NCBI GenBank assembly: GCA_013239625.1
Contig: MU054187.1
Coordinates: forward strand, 6,955,757 to 7,019,756
Length of the DNA stretch: 64,000 bases
Origin: Lama guanicoe
Lineage: Eukaryota
Direction: 5' to 3'
Positions 25,212 to 36,903 of this stretch are shown here, piece by piece. The position numbers and the translations under genes were made by a program. Under the pieces are notes generated by a model. It was not told the origin of the DNA and ran no database searches. It saw nothing but the letters and a program-made list of their open reading frames with translations. Numbering within the stretch: position 1 is the stretch's first letter; each line of letters starts with the position of its first letter.

Positions 25212-25824
25212 GAGACAGTCTGTAAAATTATAGAATATGATCATGAAGGATTTAGCAAACCCAGGGTCTTTTTTACTATACTTGTTGACCTGCATCTAGC
25301 CCCTTGTAAGTTTAAACGCTGGTTGGAATCTAGAGTCTGGATTTTATTTATTTTTAAGCGTAGCAGCTTGTTTGATAGATGCCAACATTTTCACACAGTG
25401 GTTCCTCTCCCCTTTGGAGTTTCAGAACCATTACAGGAAGTTTTACTCTTCTCTTCTTCCCATCCTAATCAGTTTTATTACCTGTGGGACATTTCAGTCC
25501 CATAGTTCACTTAAGTTTTTCTTGCTTCAATTAATTAAAATATACACATGCTCAAAATTTTTATTTGCAGACTCACTGTCCAAACCGCTCTTCAAGACAA
25601 ACCAGCAGTGCTTAAAGGTGATTTGTTCAAAGCTCAGATGTAACAGGGAACTGATTGTAACTCCCCAAAGATATCGGAGGGCGAGGCATCGAAATAGATG
25701 GCATCTAAAAATCAGCCAAAGTCTAGATCCCTTGTTTTTCAAATCATTTCCCTTCATTTTATACTTGTGAGGATTGTTAAAATAAAAAAGATTTGATCTT
25801 ATTATAATTCATTACTATTATTTT

Positions 25825-26500
25825 GATTTTTTTCGAGTACACAGAAAAGTACAGAGAAAAAACTCAGCACCTGTGTGTTTCTTGCTAAACCTATTCCCTC
25901 CCATCATCCACACAGCAGCACGTGGTGTTTATTTTTCCCAATAATCTTTCCATACTTCCCTCTATATTTAGGGACCCATAAACAGTATGCTATTCTTTTG
26001 CGTATTTAAGCTTTAAGTGTTAGTACGTAACATTTAAATATGTGCCCTGTAGCACTACTATTGCTTTTTCTGCTGAACCTAACGTTTTTGAGATTTATTC
26101 GTGTTGACACGTGAAGCTCCAGTTTGCTTACTTTAATTTCTGTCCAGTATTCTATGTGGACGAATGGACATCCATGTTATTTCTGAGTTTTATTCTTACA
26201 GACTCTGTAGCAATAAACCATTGGATGTACATCTCCTTGTACACATGCCACAAGAATTTCTCCAAGCCTATAGAAGTGAAATGAGTAAATCACCAAAACA
26301 CAAGACTTTGACTTTGCCGCGTCCTGCTGTCACAGTTTGCACGCCTCCCTGCAGGATCCCAGAGCAGGTACTGCCCGCTACACCATCACTCAGGACTTTC
26401 TGACTGTACATTTTGGTTTATCTTTTGAGCAGGATGTGCTATCTCACTGTTGATTTAATGTGCATTTATCTGAGTAGTGTGAGCTTGAGCATCTGCCTAT
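25825..26500 (-). mobile_element. Old L1 (L1ME-like) 3' region
   Basis: tttttgagatttattcgtgttgacac...gtgctatctcactgttgatttaatgtgcatttatctgagtagtgtgagcttgagcatc. Confidence 0.75.
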
Positions 26501-27699
26501 GTTCTTTCCATATTTTTCAAAAATATTCAGTACAAGTGTACTCATTAAAACATAGGAAAAAGAGAACTGGGGAAGAAAGAGATTGCGTATAGCTTTATTA
26601 TTTGTGGAGGACTTCTATTAGCATTTTGCATTTTAATGCATTTCCTTACTATCTTGTTTTCCTGAATATCATTATTCATGGTTAGGACTATACATCATAT
26701 ATTGATTTTAAACAGAATTAACTCAGGAACATTCACATGTTCTAGACTGAGGCTACAAAAATATTTGTCATTGGATGAATTATTAGTCTTCACTGTAAAA
26801 GAAAAAAATTGATATATGCCTTTCAACAGGCTTAAGATTTGCAAAATATAAATATATTCTGTAAGCACTGTGACAGTGTTGATTTCTGTAACAACTTGGC
26901 TTTTATGATGGGAAAATAGAGCCTTTTTGATAATTCTAGCACCATGTTCAATATTGGTAGATAAGGAATATTATCAAGAATGGAGCCAACACTACTTATT
27001 GTAATAAATAACTGTTACAATTACTAAACATTTTTTTTGAGCCACGGCCAAGAATGTGGTTTAAGAAACTCATTTTTTATGACTGGGAGTGGAACAGATG
27101 CAGAAGAAAAGCTGCTGGAATTTTGCAGAGTCCAGCTGCCCCAGGCTGCACAAAACACCTGGAATTACTTCCTTTGAGATTTAAACCCGGGAGGTAGACT
27201 CACCCATCCAGTCTTATCTGAGGCCCGAGCTGCAGAATTGTTTCTTTTCACGATTGGTTGTAGCAATCTTAAATCTTAAAGAACATTTGTAAACATGAGC
27301 ACATAAATGTGATGTGTCCTGAGTCACAGCGTAACTTGGTCTATTACCCTGCTGCTGCTTTAATGCACCTGTAATAATACGGCTGGCACCTCACCCCGCC
27401 GACTCATTCACAGGCTCTGTCAACATTACGCTTCTGTCCTTCCGAATTTAATGCCTCAGGAAAGCCAAACCCAGACAACATACTTTTGTTTGTGTTCTTG
27501 TTATTGTCATTATTTGAAGTCAGTTTCTCTAATTCTCTCTCTTTTTCTGTCTTTTTCTCTTTCTGCTTTCATCCCTCCTTTTCTTCTTGTCTTTCTTTAC
27601 TTGGTTTTATTTTAATTTTATTTTTCCTTCCCTTGTCCTTTCAAGATCCATCTACAAATAGGTCACTTTCTGCTGTTTTTTGGCTGGACTGAAATTAGT

Positions 27700-28290
27700 G
27701 CTTACATGCGTAGTAAGAACATTTTCGTCGATTTCTAAAATAAGACTTAGCTCCATTTTCTTTGTACTTCAGTTATTGCTTCTTCCTGGGGGACAACTAA
27801 TGCGATCTGTAGCTTAGATCACTGTTGTTTGCCCTCCATGCTCACCATGGTTTTCGTGTTTTGTATCTTTGGCTTGTCTTCTGAGTTCTCGGAGTGATTT
27901 CCCTGTCTCCAGGTCCTTGGTTTTATTTTCTGCAGTGTAAATTCTGAAATGTAAATTTCTGCTCTCCAATGTGGGTTTTAATTCAGCTTTTACATTTTGT
28001 AGTAATTTTAATAGTAGTAATTATACTCGAATTCATTCCTTATTTCACATACCTATATTGTTTTGCATGCTGTTGTTTCAAATTTTTGCCTGTTCTTTCT
28101 AGGCACTGATGAGAATGCTAAGGGAGTTTCTAAACTTTCCTTCTGATTCCTATGGTAAATTATTTTTGGTGATTTATTTACGCCTCCTTTATTTCTTGTA
28201 GACTGGTATCCCCTTTGCCTCTTTGACAAGAATTTGCCAAAATGTCTTTGCTTTTCTGTTTTTCTTTTTTCCTTTTGTTTAATATTTGAC
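27700..28290 (-). mobile_element. Ancient L1/HAL1-type ORF1-region fragment
   Basis: T-rich decayed sequence (ccattttctttgtacttc...tctgagttctcggagtgatttcc...ttttattttctgcagtgt) typical of antisense old L1 ORF1. Confidence 0.45.
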
Positions 28291-29166
28291 AATAGAAACA
28301 TGTATCAAAGATATAACTTAGTTCTGGCTTTATCCAATCAACGTAAAATGGCTTTCAATTCTGATTAGATTTTCTGGGATTGAAAAAAATCCATATTAAA
28401 TAGCTGTGTGACCTTGTAGATCAGAACTTAATGAAATTTATGAAAATTCTGGATACGTCTGTGAGTCTTTGCCCTTTATGTATTTAAACAGCTGCTTAAA
28501 AAGAAAAAGAAAAACTGTATTTTATATTACACACACATATAAACTTTATATAATATTTAGTTACATACAGAAGGCACATTATTAATTTTTACTATAATTT
28601 CTCTGAAAAGACAAAAAACATCATGAACAAATGCAGCTTGTTGTCTCTTAATAGTATTCTTTTTTAAGCAGGTAGAGGGTTAGTTCGTTACTTTCTCTGA
28701 GCTTTGGTACTAATATACTGCCTTTTCATGTTTCTAACAAAATATATGGTTTTCTGCTTGAAGGAGAAAAAGGCTGTCAGCTGAATGAGTATCTTTAGAC
28801 CTTTATCTGGTGGTGGATATTCACATCACACATTTTGTGTCAGAATTAAGTGGCTGGAGCAATAGGTGTTATTTAAGCAGGGATGTGCTTCCTTGTAGTT
28901 CTGAAAGGCAAATTCGAGTTTTATATGTTTGTTTGTATGCTGGCCTCATCTTAAAATGGAATTGTTTTTTGATCCGTTTTTATTTTATGATTCCAAGTTA
29001 TCTAAACGAAGATGGCAACCAATTATATGCTCATAAAACCACAACATTATGAAGTATTTACAAAAGAGCAGAACACACATAAAGGCAGAGATAGAGCACT
29101 TTTTGTAACATTGTCTCTCAAGTGTGAACTGTAATATTTTATTAAATCCAATTTCCATGAAGATGG

Positions 29167-29265
29167 TTGTTTGTTTGTTTATTTTAATGGAGGGACTGGG
29201 GACTGAACCCAGGACCTCATGCCTGCTAAGCATGTGCTCTACCACTGAGCTATATCCACCCTCCC
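29167..29265 (-). mobile_element. Camelid tRNA-Ala-derived SINE (vic-1-like)
   Basis: Reverse complement of the tRNA-Ala-like head plus a (caaa)n tail. Imperfect TSD tgaagatggttgttt / tgaagacgtttattt. Confidence 0.9.
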
Positions 29266-30211
29266 TGAAGACGTTTATTTTTATTTTTTATTTTTTGAAA
29301 TGGTTTGTCTTTGTATAATTTATTTATCATTGGACATGACATCTTAGCAATCTTGCTGCATACTCAAGAGCTCTAGCAAAAGAGAGCATTTTCTTTTCAT
29401 AGTTTAGAGCCAATTCTTTTTTTCATATCAAACAATTTCACAAGTCCTTGAGAAACTATGCTTGGTATGAGACATGAGACCATTAATAAGCAATTTGCAG
29501 TTTGGGCTGAAAGTATGAATTCTTATGGCCATCTAACTGTTGACAGATTTTCTTCTTTCCATCACAAGATATTAGAAAGGGATAAGGAAAGAGACTTTGA
29601 TTTATCTGTCTGTCTGGATGTCTCTTTGCATTTGGAAGTCCACCTGGACCCTGGTATTGTCAAGCAGTCAATCTTGAAGATGTTTATTTTTAAAACAATA
29701 GCTAGCATTTATTTCCATCATGGCACAATAACAAAATTTTCAATGGTAAGAGGAGACCAAAGAAGCAAACAAACAAACAAAACAAAACAAAAAAACTCTT
29801 GTCCTGTTTCCAGAAACAATTTGCACTTGTTTGGCTAGATGTAAAGGTAAAATCAAATGTATTTCCATTTACCAATGGCTGATTTTGTACTGATGCAACA
29901 GTAGGTTAAAGCAGACTCTATTATTGAAAATGTGTGTATTTATATGAAGAGAAGTAGGCTCTGAATGTGGAAGTGATGGTAACCTTTGAAAGAAATGATC
30001 TACCTTCAAGTTTACAATAACAAGAGAATGAAATAAAAGTGATAAACAAAATACTTTTAAAAATTCAGAATATGGATAAGTATAATCTCAAGGCCAGAAG
30101 CTTTAAAATGGAACATAGCTTAAGAGTGATTCAAAGATATAAAAATGGAAATTTTGACCATAAACCTTAAATTCTACTAATGAAGAAAAAATGAGATACA
30201 AGAAGCTGTGA

Positions 30212-30345
30212 GGGGGAGGGTATAGATCAGTGGTAGAAAACATGCCTAGCATGCACAATGTCCTGGATTCAATCCCCAGTACCTCCATTAAAAAAAATTA
30301 AATAAACCTAATTACCTTCCCCCCAGATAAAATAAAATTAAAATA
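30212..30345 (+). mobile_element. Camelid tRNA-Ala-derived SINE (vic-1-like), full length
   Basis: gggggagggtatagatcagtggtaga...ccccagtacctcca...aaacctaattaccttcccccc with A-tail. Perfect 11 bp TSD aagaagctgtg at 30200-30210 and 30346-30356. Confidence 0.95.
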
Positions 30346-30384
30346 AAGAAGCTGTGGTTTCACAACCCTTCAATATCCTTCAAT

Positions 30385-30765
30385 TTTGGAATGGATAAAT
30401 AAATTGTGGTATGTCCACACAATGGAATACTATTGAGCAATATAAAGGGGTGAACGCCTGATGAATCTCAACATGGCTGAATCTCAAATACAACATGTGA
30501 AGTAAAAGAAGCTAGACTTGAAACGATTCCATTTATATGATGCTCTGGAAAAGGCAAAACTGTAGGAGAAATGGGTGGCTGTCAGAGGGGCTGATTACAA
30601 GGGAGCAAAAGAATTTTGCAGGGTAATGGAAATGTACTATATCTTATATCTAGGTGGTGGTGGAGGGTATTTGACTCTGTATTTATCTCACCTTGCAGAA
30701 CTGTCCACTAAAGTGGCTGAATTTTGCTACATAGTAGTTATGCCTTAAATATTTAAAATAAAAAG
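30385..30765 (+). mobile_element. Old L1 (L1MC/MD-like) 3' end
   Basis: gaatggataaataaattgtggtatgtccacacaatggaatactatt...gattccatttatatgatgctctggaaaaggcaaaact. Confidence 0.85.
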
Positions 30766-30878
30766 GATGTGGCTTCAAAAGGAATTCAACTTAACAAAAA
30801 GCCAATAGAAGAATGAAAGAGTGTATCAATTTGTTGACTTTGTAGTCTGGGTATAAAATAAATGTTGAGCTTCTTGCA

Positions 30879-30895
30879 TGTGTGTGTGTGTGTGT
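30879..30895. repeat. (TG)n microsatellite
   Basis: Directly visible TG run. Confidence 0.9.
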
Positions 30896-32584
30896 AAAAC
30901 CATTTCACATATCACCATTCCTGATAGGTCAAATTGAGTCACATTTAGTATATGCTGAAACTCAAGTTTCCTTCTAAATCCTAGAAGGATAAATCTCCAG
31001 GGTCTAATGAGTTATTGTGAGAAAGAGATGTTCTAATGCTAAAAACTAAGAGTACATTTTGCCGGCATGAGGTTGCAGTGAAGGCCAGTTGACTGGACAT
31101 TGATAGGAGCTGGTTCTGACATGACCCCTTCAGGACTGTCTGGTGGAAATTCTGCCAAGTGAGAATGAGCTAACGCTGTCTCTGCTGTGCTGCTTGGCCC
31201 CCTAAGATCCGTCTCCAAAGCCACTTGCCCGTCCGAGGTGGTTTAGTGACCACTTGGTTTGAATCAAATAAGTTATTTTAGATGATCAAACACATTTTTG
31301 CTAATGTAATTAAAATACAGAAAACTCATGATCCTGTGCTGTGTGGTGTCGCTATCTGTTTACTCCCACTGGACTTTCGGTACCTATCGGACCTAAAAAA
31401 TTACTGCTGCTGTTCTTAGCACCCAAAAAGGCAATGCTGCTTCTAAACTTGCCAAAAGTAAAGCAAAGGGAAAATTTAACCACAATATCTATTACATTCT
31501 CCCCGCCTCCGTATATTTGTGCATGTAAAGTTTTTTCTCACAGATCTTTCAATAAGCAGACATAATTCATCTATTACTTGAAAAAGTATTGTCAGGTAAC
31601 TTTCAACTGATTTCTGGGTTTCTAAGGACTTAAACATGTTTATGACTGGTGTGTGACCTAAAAGTCCTGTTAGATATGAGTCCATTGAGTAATTATGGAG
31701 AGTGGCCAGAATGTGGAAGAACAGTTCATTGAACTTTTCATCTTTACTTAGATGACTTCCCTTCACTTTCTTTCCACTTGAGAGGAAGTCAAAATAGCAG
31801 GCATCCTGAAGCCAAAGGATAAATGATAACCAGCACCTCTTGTTTGATCTCTGCCCTTTATTGTCCTTCGCCTTTTGACCTTAAGGTAAACGTTTGAACA
31901 GTTCCCTTTTCCTCTTTTTGAAGGGATTTTTAAAAACTGTATTTTCTGTTGTTGGTCTTTGTTTAGGAAAATAAATGTCCCTAAACTTGACGTTTAGGAT
32001 AAGCAAATTCTGGAAAGCAGTTTAGCAAAACATTTTTCTAAAAAAACTGTAGAATTCATGCATCTCTTTTGACTCAGAAATTCGGTTTCTAGAAAATGGA
32101 AAGAAAATTACTGTGGATTGTTTGAAAGTATCACTAGAAAGAGAGTCATACATTGCTGTTCATGAGAGTTAAGTGCCGAGATCTGTGTAAGGTATTGCGT
32201 TTTCTCCCAACTATGATCCCTTTTTGTTCCAGATAAATAGAGGTTACCCTAAAAGACTGTCGAATTTTAGACGAACTTTGAAAAATGAAAATGTCTCCTG
32301 TTGAGTGTTCTATCATTAAATAAATAAAGTATGGGTTAGGAAATTTTCCTGGCCAGATTTACTTTTAAGATTTTTACACTGAAATTCTCCTAACTTAATT
32401 ATAAAAATGAATATGGTTTCATAAGCTAGTAGAATTCTTGGCGTGAATGTCAAAAATCTTGCCTACCTGCCAATATTTTGAGGTGCCCTCACTCCCATTT
32501 AGAGAGGAGAGATCATACTCATCTGTTTTGCTTGCTGTCTTACTGTATTCAGTTTGGAAGTTTAGAATCCTTCTGAAGCAAGGC

Positions 32585-33140
32585 TTTTTTTTTTTTAATT
32601 GAAGTAGACTCAGTTACAATGTGTCAATTTCTGGTGCACAGCATAATGTTTCAGTCATACATATACATACATATATTCATTTTCATATTCTTTTTCATTA
32701 TAGGTTATTACAAGATATTGAATATAGTTCCCTGTGCTCTGCAGTGTAAATTTCTTTAACTATTTTATGTATAGTAGTTAGTATCTGCAAATGTTGAACT
32801 CCCAATTTATCTCTTCCCACTCCTTCCCTTCCTGGTAACCGTAAGTTTGTCTTCTATGTCTGTGAGTCTGTTTCTGTTTTGTATTTAAGTTCTATTGTCT
32901 TTTTTTTTTTTTGATTCCACATATAAGTGATACTCAATGGTATTTGTCTGTCTCTTTCTGTCTTACTTCACTTAGAATGACGATCTCCAGGTCCATCCAT
33001 GTTGCTGCAAATGCCATTATTTTATTCTTTTTATGGCTGAGTAGTATTTCATTGTATAAATATACCACAGCTTTCTTATCCAGTCATCTGTCGATGGACA
33101 TTCAAGTTGTTTCCATGTGTTGGCTATTGTGTATAGTGCT
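32585..33140 (-). mobile_element. Lineage-specific L1 3' end (~555 bp, 5'-truncated)
   Basis: Poly(T) followed by L1 3' UTR and ORF2-end sequence (tccatccatgttgctgcaaatg...). Approximate TSD aagcaagg / aagcaatgg. Confidence 0.92.
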
Positions 33141-34371
33141 TAAAGCAATGGTTTTGGGTAAGTCATTTGAGACTTAGGGTTTCATTCCCATGAAACACCT
33201 TGACAGTTGAAACAATGAATCATTTGATGTAAGGTTGGTGTAAGGAAAGCAAAGCCAATCAAAAACTTTCTTAAATGAAGACTTGGGTTACATTTTATTG
33301 CACTGAGGAAATGAGGTGTCATTAGTTACAGCAGTCCATCTACAAAGACACTTCCTTATCACAAAGGTGTTGTCACCTCAATAAGTTGTGGACTTGACTC
33401 CCAGTCCCCTTTGTAGAAACGATACTTCTTGAGCTCAGAAGGCCACCCTTAAAATACAATACTCAAAATCAGAGTGGTATTAGTGGCCGTCTTTGGAATA
33501 AAATCACTTCTGACTAGTGCTACTCACTTAAAAAGTCCATGTAAGATATTTTCTTACTAGACCACAGAGCTTCTGCAGCGTCTGAGGTTAACTCATTAGT
33601 ATTGGCAATCGCAGCCTACCTGTAGTTAGCCAAAATTTGCAAAGCTAAAATTACGCTGTGGTTTCCCCAGGAGCAATGACACACCTCAGAGGTCTGAGAT
33701 TTCAGGGGTCCAGCCATGAAGGGTTGCTGCACAGCTCTGGCCAAATAAGGAGTGTTTCCACCCCTTCCCCCAGGGCAGGTTACTGTTAGTTTTCAACTGC
33801 GAGTTTGAACCATGAAATGAGGGCCTCTTAGTAGCAAACTGCACACTGATGCAGTCAGCTTTTATGGTTTTCCCTCTATAGCTTTACTGGTGCAGGCAGT
33901 AAAGGAGATCTTAGGGGTGGGAGTGGGGAGTAGGTTTGGAGGTTTGAAGGCCCAAGTCAGTGGAACTTTAAGCAGAGGTGCGTTAAAAGGAGAAGTTTTA
34001 ACCTGGGTCAACAGTCACAGCATATGATCTGCCTACTCCATTTATTGGAATAAAGTGTATTTTTTGAATACAGGATTCATTGAACTTTAGTAAAAATAAT
34101 CACAAGTAAAACCTGTATGCTTATAAAGAGAGCTGCATGATTTATTGACAGTATTTGCCCAGTTTTTGCTTCCTTTCTTTGTGGGTTTGTTACTCTTTTG
34201 AATAGCCCATTATCAGTATTTCTTAACGTGTAAATATTCTGTTCTCCCCACCCTGATTTAGATAATCCAGTCTCCTCGATTGAGATGCATTATTTGAAAC
34301 AAATGAATGATTCTCAATGTTGAATTTAAAGTTAACCTAATAGGTTTTGAATGAACCAGCTCAGCCTTTTC

Positions 34372-34431
34372 ACCCAGGACCTCGTACATGCTAAGCATGC
34401 TCTCTACCACTTGAGCTATACCCCACTTCCC
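34372..34431 (-). mobile_element. 3'-truncated (tailless) tRNA-Ala SINE head
   Basis: The minus strand reads gggaagtggggtatagctcaagtggtagagagcatgcttagcatgtacgaggtcctgggt and then stops. There is no complete B box and no tail. Confidence 0.85.
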
Positions 34432-34779
34432 AGCACACTCTGCTAGGTTTTAGTTCATAAGCATAAATGATGTTTTTAGGACTAGGAAGTGCCAGTCCTA
34501 CCACCTAATTTACCGATTAGAGAGACCAAGCCAAGTATATTCAGTATTTTATAGTGTGTTTCAAAGTAGATTCAGTATTTCATAAGCAAAGTGTATTCAG
34601 AATATATCCTGCTGCCTGACAGCCTGCTCGGGATGATGGCCAAGCACTTCCAGGAAGAGTCTTTAATAACGTTGGAACACTTAACTCACATGCACTCTTA
34701 AAACTCTTATTGAAAAAAAATACTTAAAAATGATACATTTTCAGGATTTGTTCTGCACATAACTTCTGTCCATACATCT

Positions 34780-35660
34780 CGGTGCTGCCTTTCTGTGTCA
34801 GTTTTGTCTCCCGCGGCTTTGACCCACCCTTTCCCCATCACCGTGTTTGCTTAAGTGCGCTCGGAGCTCCTGCTTCACGCTGGGCGCTGCGGCGGATGCG
34901 GGGAATCCGCCAAAGCCCGGGACGATCTCTGCCCTAAAGGCGCTTCCATTCTGCCGTTAATGAAAATCACTCAAATCATATTTAAAATATAGAGCTGCAA
35001 CTGGATTGAGAGCTGTGAGGGAGCAGTTCCCTGGGCTGGGGGAACCTTCCTGTCAAAGAGAAAGTCACCCCAGAAGCAGGACAGTTCTCTGACTGCATTC
35101 TTGTCGCTAAGGCTCCCCATCCCGGCGCCCTCGGCGCACGTTAAATGCCGAGATATTGGTGGGAGTTTAGCAACTAAGCTCCTGCATGGAATTTAGAAAT
35201 GTGCGTCTGTGCAGAAGGGCCTTCCCGGACAACCTAAACTCTTTGGGCCCTTTTATCACCTTGACCCTGAATGCCTCCTTTTCATGGTGGCTCCCAAAGG
35301 GCCCAGGCCCAGCTTGCATCTCCATCCACTCTCTTCCTGGCTGGTCACACGTGTGTGCCATCTCCAGTGTGCCAGTGTGGCCAGGAACGTCATCCCCAGC
35401 CTCGAAAGCTAGCTTTTCTGTGACAGACGCTCCCAAGCGATGCCTGCAGACCTACAGTGCCTGCCGTTGTCTGAGACCGCCCTGCGTCCGGGCCCGTCTG
35501 TGATGCTCCCGCGACCTCTGCCCTGTGGGCTGATCTGCAGGCAGACCCGTGTTTTCAGGTGAGAAGCGGTGATAACTGCCTCTCGGTCTCGTTCCTGCAC
35601 TGGCACGTCCAGCCTGGGGTCCCCCTGGGCGGGCTTCTTAGAAGGGTCCTGCACTGTCGA
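34780..35660. promoter_or_regulatory. CpG-enriched non-repetitive patch (orphan CpG-island-like or enhancer candidate)
   Basis: Dense CpGs (gggcgctgcggcggatgcgggg; cccggcgccctcggcgcacg; cgccctgcgtccgggcccg) in an otherwise CpG-depleted window. Confidence 0.45.
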
Positions 35661-36583
35661 GTTGTGCTGCTAACCTGGACCTGGTTGTGGTGACAGTTCC
35701 TTCCTGAAAAGTCAGTGGATATTTAGAAGAGGTTCAGATGGTCAGCTTTATGAGGGTGTGATGTTTGAGTCCATGCTTAAAAGCAGATTGAGTTGAAGCA
35801 GGTTGAGAAAAAGGAAAACAGTCTTTTCTGGTTGACAAAAATCATGAGATCGTGAATGTCCAGGGGAAAATACACAGGTTGCGCTGGAGAACAGAGCAAA
35901 CCTAGTGAGAGACTCATGTGGTTGCAGACGCTTCCTGAGCACCTATGTGTTCCAAGCCCCCGGGAGAGGGCAGACGTACAGAATGACTCAGATTCTTTAT
36001 TCCTCAGAAGCTGGCAGGGAAGTCAGGAGTTACGTATTGGAAGGACGAGACGGATGATATTACGGTGTTTTCAAATGCTAATATGTTTAGGCTTTATTCT
36101 TTAAGTTAAAGAGCATTTTTCATGCAGTTCCAGGATAATTTCAATAGAAAATATAATACATTTTCCTCTAGATATTGGTAAATTAATATCTAATCCTCTT
36201 ATCTAGAATGGTTTCTTTGTGGAAAGCACTCCTTGAAGTCCACAATAACTACTTTTACACCTAATTATATATACATCTATGTATTTCTCTATAAAGTACA
36301 AAATGATAACCCTTTAGGAAGACCTACATTTTATGCAGATCAAGCATTCTAAACTTTTTTCATGAAATTCTATTGTTAGAAAACTTTAATATGTAAACAT
36401 AAGTTTTGATGAGAAGGTTAATGTAATGGAAAATTAACAGTAGAATAAAAACACATTTTACTACCTAATTAGCATTTAATTAGGATGGAATTTTCATTTC
36501 TACTATGAAAAAATGTTGATTGCTGAGAACATGTACACTCCTCTTTTTAAAAAATTCTCCATTTGTCTCTTTCTCTGTCTTTT

Positions 36584-36585
<2 letters not shown>

Positions 36586-36620
<35 letters not shown>
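36586..36620. repeat. (AC)17 microsatellite
   Basis: Perfect dinucleotide run. Confidence 0.97.
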
Positions 36621-36622
<2 letters not shown>

Positions 36623-36881
36623 AAAGCATAGTTTCATATATATGAACACAACTTCTTTCTCTATTCTTCCTTGAAAATAGACCTTCCAAATTCTCTCATT
36701 TAGGCTTTTAAAAATGATTAAAGACTTATTTTTCTTTTCAGTACTTTGTTTTTCAGAAGCATTTTCAATCTAATAGCTGTTTCTTTTCAGAATTTTGTTC
36801 TATTGTTAAGGACATTTGTAGTTTCAGTTTCCAGTGGGCTCTGCAGGGACTTTTTCGACATTAGTGGTCAGGAAAGAGAAT

Positions 36882-36903
36882 GCGGGAAGTGGCGGCCATT
36901 TTC
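36882..36903. promoter_or_regulatory. Adjacent ETS/E2F-like and YY1-like motifs
   Basis: GCGGGAAGT is immediately followed by GGCGGCCATTTT (AAAATGGCCGCC on the minus strand). Confidence 0.4.

Noticed and set aside
15395..34431. Five tRNA-Ala-like sequences as tRNA genes
   Set aside because: They have extra 5' G-rich leaders, stem-disrupting substitutions, SINE tails or truncation, and TSDs at most copies, so they are SINE copies.
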